Source: Eledone cirrhosa (taxonomy: Eukaryota). From it: 64,000 nt of DNA. A program made the translations under genes and the position numbers. The notes beneath the pieces were generated by a model, which had not been told where the DNA came from, made no database searches, and saw only the letters and a program-made list of their open reading frames with translations. This document shows positions 13,675 to 26,085 of the stretch, piece by piece (within the stretch, counting starts at the first letter, position 1; every line of letters starts with the position of its first letter). The DNA is taken from positions 226,424,001 through 226,488,000 of the forward strand of contig OZ024743.1 in assembly GCA_964016885.1 (NCBI GenBank), written 5' to 3'.

Positions 13675-14938
13675 GAAGTGTTTGGGAACAGAGTTCAAAG
13701 GGTGTGTAGGGGAGTGGTGGAGAGACATATAGCGAAAGGAAACGGTGCGAATGAAATGAAATATAAAAATAAAAATAAAGCATGATCAAAATACAAGGAA
13801 TGAAATAAAATTAAATATAAAATTAAATATAAAAGCATGATCAAAATGAACTGAAATAAAAAAGTGGGTAAAACAGGTGGTGGAAGGGTGTGGGGTGTGT
13901 AGGGGTGGTGGCGGGTGGAGTGGGGAGAGGGAGACGGGGTGTCCGAGCAGGGAGGGCTGAAGGTGGTGTGTGTGTGTAGGTGTACGTGTGTGTATGTGAA
14001 AGTAAGGGTTGGGGGAAGAACGGGGTTGCATGTTCAGGAAGAGGTGTGTATAGGGGGTTGTAGGTCGGAGTGTCTGTGTGTGAGTGGATAGAGGGGTGGG
14101 GGGAGAGAGGAATCAGGAGGCTGAGGGTGTAAATATCTGGTGGAAAGCACGTGTGTGTGGGTTTTAAGCGTGTTGTGGGTGTAGGTGGCGTGTGGAGAAA
14201 AAAAATGTTTGGGGTGTGTGTGTGGGTGAGTTATATAGGTGATCCCGTAAGAGGATGGTTGAAAAGTGGGTAAAATCCTATGATGTTTAGTGGATTCCGT
14301 GCTGGTCAAGTTCCGCATACGAGTATTCCATGAACAGATGATCGGAAGAGGAGAGATGTGGGGTGCGCGCGCAACAGGAAGTGGTCAAGCAGTGGGAGTG
14401 CTGTGTGTCTGTTTGTGCTGGGAGGTGGTCAGAGGGCATAGCAGCAGTCGGTGGAATGGTAAAGGGGCGAGGATGGGTAGGTGTGAAAGTTGGAGTGAGG
14501 AAGGTGTGTGTGTGTATTAGTAGAGGTGTTAGTGGGATGAGTGAGTGTGGAGCGAGGGTGTGGGTGGAGCGGGGAGAGAAGGGTGTGTGTAATTCTATGG
14601 AGGGAGTGTGGTGTACTGGTGTGTGTGTATTTTGATGAAGGGGGTGTTAGTGGGTGTTAGTATACGGGAGGTGGGGAAGGGTTGAATGCAGGTGTGAGTG
14701 GGGGTTAGTGGTGGTAGGGTGTGTAGAGTTGGTGGTGTACGAGGGTGTGTGGGTACGTGTGCGTGTGATAAGGAAGGGGAGGAGGAGAAGAAGGGAGGGA
14801 TGTTAGTATGTTAGTTGAGGAAGGGTGGTCGGATGAGGGGTTTCGGGTGGAGGTGTTAGTATTTTTAGTTTTGGGGTGAGCGGTGAAAAGGAGGGGTGTG
14901 TTAGTGGGGGATAAGTGTGGGGGGAGGGGGGTCGAAGG

Positions 14939-16523
14939 CTAAAGGAATAAGGGTGGGGAGTTCAGGCCGGGGGGAGTGTGGGTCTGTAAGATGAAGATAG
15001 TTCTTTGTTCGACTCTAAGGCGATTGGCGGGTGTTCCGTGGCATTGGAGTAGGCCACAGACTGTGAGATGGCATGCGGAATGTCCAGGGCCACCAAAGTG
15101 GCGGGCGATGTGGGAACTACCACCGAGACGAATATCCCTGAGGTGCTCAGTGAATCGGTCCGCTAGGCGACGTCCCGTCTGTCCGAGCGAAGTCCGTAGA
15201 CTAGGTTGGAGGAGGTGCAGCGGAAGGCATGCCGGACAGAGAGAGAGTGGCCGTTGGGACCCTGGAAGGTGGTGGTGTTGGTGATGTGGGGACAGGTGTT
15301 GCAGCGGGGCCTAGAACAGGGAAAGGAACCTGGGGGGGGGGAACAGAGCGTGGGTTGGGGGTAGGGAGCTGTGGACGAGGAGGGTGCGGAGATTGCGTGC
15401 GCGTTTGAAGGAGGGGAGTGGTGGGGTTGGGAAGATGTTGGAGGTGGAAGGGTCGGACTGGAGGCGTCGGAAGAGGCGGCGGATGGTGCGGTGGAGGGGT
15501 AAGGTGGAGGGGTGGTAGGTGATGGGGAAGGGGAGACGGTGGGTGGGTGTGCGGTGACGTCGGGTGAGGGTGGTGGAGCGGTGGACAGCACGGGCGCGGG
15601 TGAGAGTGGTATGGACGAGAGAGGGGGGTAACCTCTGCGAATGAAATGGCTGACTAGGGAAAGGGCCTGGGACTCGAAGTCAGCATCTCGGCTACAGAGG
15701 CGGCGGATCCTGAGGAGTTGGGAGTAGGGAATGGAGTGTTTAGTGTGGGTGGGGTGGGAAGAGGTGAAGTGGAGGTAAGAGTGGAAACGGTGGGTTTGAA
15801 GAAAGCGGAGGTGACGAGGGAGTGGTGGGAGGGGTCGAAGGCGACGGAGATGTCTAAGAAGTGGACGTGGGTGGTGGAGATAGAGGTGGTGAAATGGAGG
15901 GAGGGGTGGAAGGAGCAGAAGAAGGAGAGAAAGGAGTCGAGCTGTTCTCGGGTGAGGGTCGTGGCTCCGATACAGTCGTCAATGTAACGACCGTATAGTT
16001 CGGGCGTGGGGCCGGTGTACTAGGCAAAGATTTGGGCCTCAACGTGACCAACTAAAAGGTTGGCATAGTTCGGGCGCATTCTTGTACCCATGGCTACCCC
16101 CGTGACCTGTTGGTAAAACTCAACCGAGAAGGAGAAACAATTGAGGGTGAGGACCAGCTCGGCGAGGCGAAGGAGGGTGGGGTGGAGGGAATGGGGGAGG
16201 GGCGCATGGTCGAGATAGTGTTTGATGGCGCGTAGGCCGTCGGCGTGGGGGATGACGGTATAGAGGGACTTGCTGTCTAGGGTGAAGAGGAAGGGCTGTG
16301 GGCCGGGTGGGTAGGTGAAGGAGTCGAAAAGGCGCAGGGCGTGGTTGGTGTCGGAGATGTGGGAGGGGAGGGTGGTGACAAGGGGGACGAGGATGGAGTC
16401 GAGAAAGGCGGAGATGAGTTCGGTGGGGCAGTTGCAAGCGGAGATGATGGGGCGGCCGGGGTTGTCGGGTTTGTGGAGTTTGGGGAGGAAGTAGATGGTG
16501 GGGGTGCGGGGCGTGCGGACGAT
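14939..16523 (-). pseudogene. PLE reverse transcriptase + GIY-YIG endonuclease, disrupted
   Basis: Manual minus-strand translation: YFLPKLHKPDNPGRPIISAC, LDSKSLYTVIPH, QQVTGVAMGTRM, YGRYIDDCIG, FLDISV, SSHPTHTKHSIPYSQLLRIRRLCS, linker FPCSRPRCNTC, CTSSNLVYGL / GQTGRRLADRFTEH, EQRTIFILQTHTPPGLN then TAG at 14939-14941; one in-frame stop and frameshifts. Confidence 0.9.
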
Positions 16524-16784
16524 GAGTGTTTAGTGTGGGTGGGGTGGGAAGAGGTGAAGTGGAGGTAAGAGTGGAAACGGTGGGTTTGAAGAAAGCGGAG
16601 GTGACGAGGGAGTGGTGGGAGGGCTCGAAGGCGACGGAGATGTCTAAGAAGTGGACGTGGGTGGTGGAGATAGAGGTGGTGAAGTGGAGGGAGGGGTGGA
16701 AGGAGCAGAAGAAGGAGAGAAAGGAGTCGAGCGTCCCACTTGAAGCAAGGTTGGTCGGGTGACCGTGTCTCGCTCATATAGGAC

Positions 16785-16829
<45 letters not shown>

Positions 16830-16879
16830 GTTGTGTGACGATGGCCCAGATATACAATACAACAGGAGGAACATAATAG

Positions 16880-16923
16880 TACCACTGATGATGTTGCAGA
16901 TGTGCAACGAAAGAACTTTGTTA
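16880..16923 (+). ncRNA. Type I minimal hammerhead ribozyme (same family, alternative stems)
   Basis: TACCA CTGATGA t GTTGCA gatg TGCAAC GAAA G aa CTT TGTTA; perfect 6 bp stem II, one mismatch in stem I; lies in a ~100 bp fragment (16826-16925). Confidence 0.8.
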
Positions 16924-17186
16924 GACTATATATATGTGTTTATATCTGTATATGTGATCATACTATCACGGATACACACTCACACACGCACTCATATATA
17001 CAGAGAGAGAGAGAGAGAGAGGGGGGGGGGGGTGGAGGGGGGATGGCGGAAAGAGGGAGACATGTGTGTATCTGGTTCATGAAACCTGCTGTATTCTGTA
17101 TGTATATGAGTATCTTTAAAATTCAGAATCAATCATATCCAGTTGCTGAGATGTGCCCTTAAATACTTTTTTCTTCCTGATTATGG

Positions 17187-17246
<60 letters not shown>

Positions 17247-17699
17247 TCATCATCATCATCTTCGTTTAACGTCCATTTTCCACGCTAGCATGGGTTAGAC
17301 GGGAGTTGTCCCACTTGAAGCAAGGTTTGGTCGGGTGACCGTGTCTCGCTCATATAGAACTATCTGGCAGGTTTTCTACGGCTGGATGCCCTTCCTAACA
17401 TCAACCACATTTACAGTATGGAACTGGGAACTTCTTACCGTGTTACCTACACGACCACATTACAGCGTGGACTGTGTGTTTTTTTTTCTCGTGACACCTA
17501 CACGATCTCGATCTCGATCTCATTTATCTCATTTATTTGGACTGGATGTTGTGGTACCAACTTTATAGAGAGAGGGTGGTTTTGGTGGGAGTGGGAGGAT
17601 AAGGTAGGGGTAGTGGATTGGGGTGTATATTTGGTTAAGAGGTGCCTACTGACTGTAGGTTTCGCTTTGTACATAAGGAAGGCGGGTCTTCTGTATTAC

Positions 17700-20600
17700 T
17701 GCGTAGTGCCAAAGATCTCGGTCCAGTGACATAGTCTTAGAGAGGTGCAAGTGTAAGGTCGGAATTTATCATATCGTCCCAGGTTTTTCTGGGTCTACCT
17801 ACTCCGTAACTACCATCAATTTTGATCGCCCTGCCCTTTTTTATACAGCTGTCGTCTTTCATGCGCATCACCTGGCCATACCAACGTAGTCTTCTTTCGA
17901 GTAAACAGCATCTGATCCCTCTTATTCCTAATTTCTCACTTAGTTCATTTATACTTTGCCGTTCACGTATATTACTATTACACATCCAACGGAGCATGCA
18001 TGCTTACTTCCTTTCCAGTCTACGGAAGTTTTCTGCACGCAATGCCCATGTGTCACTGCCATGTAGCATTGCATGTATACAAGCATCATACAATCTGCCT
18101 TTCATTTTTAGAGAGAAACCTTTGTGGTCAACAGCGGTATAAGCTCTCTGAACTTTTTCCATCCCGTTCTGACTCTGGCTACTGTACTTTCAGAACATCC
18201 TCCACCACTGCTGATTTCGTCACAGAGGTAACAGAAAGTGTCTACTATTTCTATAGAACCATCTGGGCAATAGAAGGGGCTAGTATCCTGTGGACACTTG
18301 CTACCTATTGCACCTGAGCATCGGCCACATATAAAGTCTACGTTCTTAGATAGTTTACCTGTGATCCCACTACATCTTTTATGTACCCATACTTTGCATT
18401 TGGGACATAAAATTGAATTTCTACCTACTCCTTTCCTACACACTGAGCAAGGCCATTTCCCTGAGGGTACCTGTGCCTTATTTTCCTTTCTACAAATTAG
18501 GACTTTAGTCTTAGACAAGTTAACTTTAAGGCCTTTTGATTCTACTCCATGCTTCCTTGTTTGGAATTTCTTTTCTTGTTCAGCCATTGATTCAGCTATG
18601 AGCGTTAGATCATCTGCGTATAGGAGTTCCCATGGGCAGCCGGTCTTGAACTCCTCTGTTATAGCCTGAAGGGCAATTATAAATAGGAGGGGGCTAAGGA
18701 CAGAGCCTTGGTGAACACCAACTTTTACACTAAATTCTTCACAATATTCATTGTTAATTCTAACCTTACTTACTGTTTCATTATACATAGCTTGTATAGC
18801 TCTCACAAGCCATTCATCTACACCTAGTTTTCTGAGAGCCAACCAGATAATGGAGCGGGGGACTCTGTCAAAGACTTTTCCAGGTCTACAAAAGCTAAGT
18901 AGAGGGGTTTACTTTTAGCTAGGTACTTCCCTTGTAGTTGTCGTACAAGGAAATAGCGTCTGTGGTACTTTTACCTGACACAAACCCAAACTGCATTTCA
19001 TCTAGATCAATTCGCTCTCTGATTAGTTGCGTTATACCTCTTTCTGTGACCTTCATGACCTGGTCAACTAACTTAATGCCTCTATAGTTTCCTCTATCTA
19101 GAGCATCTCCTTTACCCTTGTAGCAGTTAATGATGATGCTGCTACGCCAGTCTTTTGGTATGACCCATTCTGTATTACTTGGTTAATTATACGGGTGACC
19201 ATAGTATGTCCCACCATTCCAGATGCCTTCAACATCTCAGCAACTATCTCCGAAGGCCTAGCTGCCTTGCCTGTCTTCATATCTTTGATTGCCTTACTTA
19301 TTATACTACTTTTAACTTGCACCGCTGGTCCTTCTATTGGATCGATTTGGGGCAGACTATCTTTTTCCCACTTATTCTCCTCATTTAATAGTCTCTCGTA
19401 GTGACACTTCCAGGCTATCTTCTTATCAGAATCATTAAGGGCAAGTACACCGTTATCATTACGCACACACTTCTCCCCGACAATATCACGGTTTTCCTTG
19501 ACACATTGACTAGCAATTCTGAACACCTCGCGTTTTTGGTCCTCGCGTTGTAGAACATGCTTGAACTTTCTATCCTCTGCTTCCCTTTTTGCATGGTACA
19601 CTTGTCTCCTAACTTTTCTCCTGGCCACTTGATAGTGCTCTCTACTTCCCCCATCCTGCCATACTTTCCAAGCCTGCTTTTTTGGCCTTGATTGTCTCTT
19701 CTACCTTACTGTTCCACCACCAAGTTACTCTCCTCCTGCCAATAGGTCTGCTCCAGCCACATATTTCATCCGTTGCTTTCAGCAGGTTCACTTTCAAGAA
19801 TTGCCACTGTTCCTCTATATCGCACGTCTCTAATTGCTCTTCCTTATTTTCAAAGGCATCAAGTAATAAGCTTTTAAATTTGTCACTGACTATGGGGTCC
19901 TTCAACTTCCATATTCTTCTCCTCAAGGTAGGCCTCCTCTGTCGTCGAGTACGTCTATTTCTGACTGTGAGGTCACTAACTACTAGGCTATGTTGGGAGG
20001 TGCATTCTTCACGGGAGGGGGGAGGGGATTTAGTGTTTACGACAGACACTTTGTACCGTCTTCTAGTAAGGATATAATCTATCTGGCTGGCGTGTTCCCC
20101 TGATCTATAGGTGATCAATTGCTTTTCACGATTTTTGAAGTTTGTGTTACAGATAGTAAGGCTATTGGCGTCACAGAACTCCAGCATTCTGAAGCCTTCC
20201 TCATTTCTATTTCCAACCCCATAGCCTCCATGTATTCCATCATAGCCATCACTCTGTTGTCCAACGTGGCCGTTTAGATCGCCAGCAATAATTAGGTAGT
20301 CGCTGTCGGTTATTTGGGAGATAGTGAGCATTAGCGTCTCATAGAACCTGTCCTTTATAACGTCAAGTAGACCAGATTGGGGTGCATACACGGATATTAT
20401 TGTCACAATAGTTTTATTTAGAACTAGCCTTATTTTAATTATTCCGTCATTTACTCTATTTACGTCGATTACCTTATCTACCCATTTTTCAGCTAGCATA
20501 ATTCCTACTCCACCCAGTCCGTTGTCGTTTCCCTCCCAGAAAAGTTTATAGCATCGTTTTTTACCCACGATGAATCTGGCAGACCCCCCCCCCCCCCTCT

Positions 20601-20780
20601 CCATCTAGTCTCTTGAATACGACAAACATCAATTTCTTTACGTTCAAGCATCTCCACAACCTCCTTTGAGCGACCTTTCAATGTGCCTACGTTCATGGTA
20701 CCAACTCTGAAGTTGGGAGGGTGGGATGGATGTGTTGGAAGGGCAGGGAGGGCTTTAGGAGACGGAATTTTGTTGGTCAT
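17700..20780 (-). pseudogene. RTE ORF (APE endonuclease + reverse transcriptase + PHD-like Cys finger), frameshifted
   Basis: APE motifs VGTMNVGTL, IQETRW, GDLNGHVG, SQIDYIL, SQHSLVVSDL; RT motifs GNYRGIK, QFGF, AFVDLEK, GVHQGSVLSPLLF, LLYADDL; Cys cluster CSVC..CPKC..WVHKRC..FICGRC; C-terminal RLRWYGQVMRM and GRPRKTW. Split across ORFs 20505-20780, 19642-20604, 19098-19628, 18108-18842 and 17737-17997. Confidence 0.93.
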
Positions 20781-21477
20781 CCGTGTCTGAAATAAAGAGG
20801 GGTCCTTGTATTATCGTCTTGCAGCGGGAGCTGAATGTATCTTTATCTGTGACTTTGTCATTGAATGCTTAGACTTTTCAGATTTACGCAGTCAACCAAT
20901 CAAACATGTCTAAACTTAAGGAGTAGTAACCGAGGTCGTAGCTTTGCTATACTGATTTGTTAGAGAACTTACAAAAGCCGCTGAGTTATGATTGGACCAT
21001 ATAGCAATGGTGGTGAGTGGGGGCGGGCGGGCGGGAAATGGGTAACTTTAGGAGAAGGTTAGCTTTTAGGAAGGGTCTAACAGATTGAGACATATTAAAA
21101 ACATGTAAAATAATAATTGAAAATCAGAGAGGAAAACGGAGAATTTGAATTTTAGACTGGCATAAATAAGAGTTTAAAACACTGATTATTGAGAAGACTA
21201 CGGATAGAAGAAAAGACAAGTATTGCTTACATTGTCAAAATCGACAGATCGCCCGTAAGATAGATTAGATAGATAAATTCTGTCCTTGGGAACTAGCAAG
21301 ATTTATTTTATACTTTCGATAAGGCGGGGGGGGGGGATATGAGAGAAGGAGCAAAGTGTTTACAAAGTTAGGGACCGAGATGCAGAAAGGTTCTAGAATA
21401 ATTATTTAATAACAATACTAGAAGGTTAGTTTTTAGGAAGGGTCCAACAGATTGAGACATATTAAAAATATGTAAAA

Positions 21478-21664
21478 TAATTGTTTCTACATTAGGCACA
21501 AGGCCAGCAATTACCCAGTTCATTACTGGTACTTTATTTTATCGACCCCGTAAGGATGAAAGCAAAGTCAACCTCGGCGGGATTTGAACTCAGATCGTAA
21601 AGGGACGTAACTATACTGGAAATCATGGCATCCGACCCTCTACCGATACTGCCACTCCACCGCC
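21478..21664 (-). mobile_element. SINE A inserted in the RTE 5' direct repeat
   Basis: Full reverse-complement copy; target duplication aatatgtaaaataat at about 21467-21481 and 21671-21685. Confidence 0.92.
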
Positions 21665-21834
21665 CGTTGTAATATGTAAAATAATAATTGAAAATCAGAG
21701 AGGAAAACGGAGAATTTGAATTTTAGACTGGCATAAAGAAGAGTTTAAAATACTGCTTATTGAGAAGACTACGGATAGAAGAAAAGACAAGTATTGCTTA
21801 CATTCTCAAAATTGTCAGATCGCCCGTAAGATAG

Positions 21835-21906
<72 letters not shown>

Positions 21907-23694
21907 CTTTATAATATGATATATTCAATATCATCCTATTTTACATATATATTTTTATAGCTGCATTTCACTAATTTTTAAGTGATTAATATAGACTCTC
22001 ATCGAAAATACCTGGTTTTCGTATTAATTCTAATTAAAAATATGAAGCCCACTATATTTATATATAGCTCGTGAATTCATTTGAACATTTTAAATGTGAA
22101 TCTAATCTAGCTGAGCAATTTACCAGGATTAAATAATTTTTATTTCATATAAGTCTTCCTTGTTTCACTATTGATATATTTTGTCACAGCTATTCACATC
22201 ACATAGATCTTATCATCACAAAATATCCTCGTTTATAGAATATCTTCATAATCCACAGACAACGCCTCATACAATCACAAAGTAGTCCAATAATTCACAG
22301 TTAAGTTTATCACAAAATGTTTCATATTTCACATGGTACCCACACATTTCTCAGTTGTATTTTCACGCTCACAATCTCTCATGTTTGTCCAGCCTCCTAT
22401 GTCGTAGTTGCCTACCACATTTCACTATTTCTATCATCCCCGGGTATTCTTATATCATATAGCAATCATATTAATGGTAATGTCCCTCATATTTCTCAAA
22501 CCGATCATCCCACAAATTGTTTGTTTCCCATAGTTATTTTCGCAACAAAAACTTTAAAGTTTATATATCATGTATATCTCACAGCATATCTACTACTCCT
22601 ATTTATCTCCTCGGTCTTTATTCTGGCAAAACATATTTCTGTGTTATAAAAATAAAAAAAGATAGCATACTGCTAAATATTCAGACAAAAGCTATAGTTA
22701 CTATATTGATATCGCTATATTAATAATACATAACAACAACAAACTTATCAACCACAATAGAAATATTAACAAAACAACCACAAGAACAACAACAGCAACA
22801 TCAACAGGATCAACACCACCAGCTACAACAACTCCAACATCAACGGTAGCAAAAACAGTAGTAATACAGCAACAGCAATCAAAATATCAACAACAGAAGC
22901 AACAACAACAAAACCAACGCCGACGCCGACACCAACACCAATACCAACAACAACAACACCAACAACAACAACAACAAAGACAGCAGCAGAACAACAACAA
23001 AAACAACTAATATAAAACAGCCACAACAAAAGCATAAACACATATTTATCATTAATAGATATCCTTTATGTTATTTTGTCTTTCGAGAATTGCTCTGAAC
23101 AATTTCTGCATCTTTTTATTGCGAATGCATTTCAGACTGCAATTGAAATTATTTCCCAAATACATAATGCAACTGCAACTGCATTCGACGTCAATGGCAA
23201 CTGCATCTCGATTTCATGAGCACACTTTGGGGACCAGGCTGTATTTTCACAACCCTGTAAGGTTTTTTTGTATTGAGACATGTTTTTGTTGTATTATTTT
23301 GTAATGTTTTTTTTTGTCTATTGTGTTGCTGTCGTTATTGTTGGCGTCATTGTTGCTTTTCTTTGATTATATATACAGATGTAGCTTATTTCCTAAAAAA
23401 CATCCGTCTTATGTATTCAAATCTCATGAGAATATACACGCACACACACAGACACATATATATATATATATACAGAGATATATATACAGATAAATATATA
23501 TGTATATATATTTATAATATATCTATCTATATATAATACACCCCCCTCTCTCTCTCTCTCTCTGTATATATATATATATGTATATGTATGTGTGTGTGTC
23601 TATGTATATGTATAAATCCAGCGCGGCTTTAGAATGTATAATATTTAGTCATTATGTTGTATTGTTGTTGTTGATGTTGTTGTCACAAGAAAAG

Positions 23695-25355
23695 AGGGTA
23701 GATGACAGAATTGTCAGGAGATATAGTTACATACCTTGAATTTCTAAGTTCGACATTATGTTCCAGGACAAGATAAAGTAATTGTTAAGTAATATTTAAC
23801 AACTGGGTTCGATCCCATCAAATTTTCCTTTTGTCAGGTCTTGTGCCTAAATGAGTAGATGTTATTGGCATTAAAACTGCGTGGTTACTGTATGTATAGT
23901 AGGTGCAGCATGGCGGAATGGTTAAATAATTCGCTTTTTAATCATTAACTTCTTTGCTCGATCCTACTGCGTGGAACTTTGGGCAACTGTCAATTCCCTT
24001 AGTCTCGTTTCAACCCATGTCTTGTGAGCTTGAGTGTACGGAGACTGTTCGAAACAGCGATGGACTGTAATACTAATTTAGTAAATGTATGACGTTGAAT
24101 ATACATAAGAAATATTAAGGATAAACGTGTCTGTATAATACTCAGTCACTTATACTTTAACATAATGTGCAGGCAGCTTCGTTGATCGAATATTAATCCT
24201 CGAAACCGATGGAGGTGTTTGTTATCAACTTCGTTACGGAATCTTCTTCCATTTGTGGAGTCGTAGGTGTTCCGTATAAAGTTAGAGCGCCAGATAATTG
24301 CTTAGTATTATTTTGATTTGGTTCATTACGTTCTGAGTTGAAATCATGCCGAATTTAACTTCACCTGACACCCTTCCGAAGTCGATAAAATAAAGTACGA
24401 GTAAAGTAGCGGGAGCGAAAATTGCTAGTCTAATGCCAAAATGAGAAGCCATTATTTTTATTATGTGACAGAATTGGTTGAGATTTGGCCAAAATGCTCT
24501 TGCGGAAATTGTACAGGGTCCTTATGTTCTGAGTTCAAATTACTCTGAAGTTAGCTCTTCCTTTCATCATTCCAGGGTCAATAAAATAAAATACCATTCA
24601 CGTACTGTGGTTTATGAAATCGATTTTCTCCTCTTCCAAAATTGTTGGCGTTGTGTCTAAATCAGAAACCAATATTAATAGATACTAGTGCGGTGGATTG
24701 GCTGTATCGGTAGAGGGTCGGACGCCATGCTTTGACGCATAGAGTTACAGTCCTTGCCATTCTGAGTTCAAATCCTGCCAAGGTTAACTTTGCTTTCATC
24801 CTTACGGGGTCGATAAAATAAAGTACCAGTAATGCACTGGTTAATTGCTGGCCTTGTGCCAAAAGTAGAAACAATTATTAATAGATACTAGTGCGGTGGA
24901 TTGCCAGTATTGGTAGAGCGTAGGACAAGCGAAAAAGAAAACAAATATCAATAGAGCGTCGGAAACACTGCTACGTGGCATAGAGTTACGGCCCTTAACA
25001 TTCTGAGTTAACTTTGCCTTTTATCCTTAAGTGGTCGATAAAATAAAGTACCAGTCACGCACTGGGGTCGATTTAATTGACTTTCCCCTCCCCCCAAATT
25101 GTTGGACTTGTGCCTAAATAAGAAATCATTATCATTATTATAATTATCATCATCACCATTATCATTTTTGTTAGTGTGCGATTTTTTCGGAATCGCTGCA
25201 GCGTTGGAATATATGCATTGCGGTATTTCAAATCCCGTTGATGCCTGCTTTGTGTTTTATCCTTCTGGAGTCTATAGCACTGCAGTAAATTCAACAAACC
25301 TTTCCTTCTTCCCACACTGGTGTCCCTGTGCGTTAATCAGAAACGAAACTATTAT
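23695..25355 (+). mobile_element. SINE cluster: about seven family A copies of different ages plus a second-family SINE (about 23901-24220)
   Basis: Young copy 24690-24878 with duplication tattaatagatactagt; head 24893-24930; long-tail copy 24952-25131; diverged copies near 23695, 24255, 24465 and 25180; all on the plus strand. Confidence 0.8.
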
Positions 25356-25988
25356 TATTATTATTTTCGATTTCGAACTGCATCATCCACACTCATCAAT
25401 CCGTAAGTTTACGACTATATTTCAAATTTCTCCGACGGGATTTTGAAATTATATTTCTTAAGTGTGTTCATAACATTCCCAGAAAAAAAGAAGAAATAGA
25501 TACAGACCCCCCCCCCCCCACCCTGTCGTCTGCTATTAGAAGACGATGATTTCTCAATAAAAATGTCAACAGAAACGTCGAGATTTAAAGAGAAAAAGAG
25601 GTGAGTGGAGGGAGGCAAACATAACAGCCGTCGTAGTCGTCGACGTTGTCACTTGTCAAAAGCAAAATGTGATTTAGTCCAAAGCTGTTCAGACAAACTT
25701 CACGGCAACATCATCAACACAAGCAACATTACTTCTATGACAACTCCACACTCTCTCCACCACCACCGCCATCATCACCGCCAATTCCACTAACACCATT
25801 CGTACCCCCACCAACAACAATACCAATAACGCCGTCACATTCCCCCCAATGACACTACAACCACGACCCCTCCCCCAACAACATCAAGCCTTCAATTTTG
25901 CTATTTTAATGAAGAATTTTTCAGCTCTGCAGGTCTCAAGGGAAAGAGAGGGAGAGAGAGAGAGAAATAGAAGGAGAGAAAGACAGAA

Positions 25989-26085
<97 letters not shown>

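Larger units (their letters stand above)
13551..16523 (-). mobile_element. Penelope-like element (Neptune-type), 5'-truncated, with ~1.4 kb 3' region
   Basis: RT and GIY-YIG coding remnants at 14939-16523; C-rich 3' region ending in a terminal segment that carries a hammerhead motif; a 60 bp copy of the same terminus lies at 57908-57971. Confidence 0.9.
17243..21838 (-). mobile_element. RTE-clade LINE retrotransposon, near full length
   Basis: APE endonuclease and RT ORF fragments in order on the minus strand; (ATC)n tail at 17243-17260 followed by gtttaacgtccattttccacgctagcatgggttagacgg; putative 5' region with a ~215 bp direct repeat; both ends abut (TA)n tracts. The 5' boundary is less certain than the 3' boundary. 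Confidence 0.92.

Noticed and set aside
16277-16885. 202 aa ORF as a novel protein
   Set aside because: Crosses a microsatellite and the chimeric junction and mostly reads the PLE out of frame.
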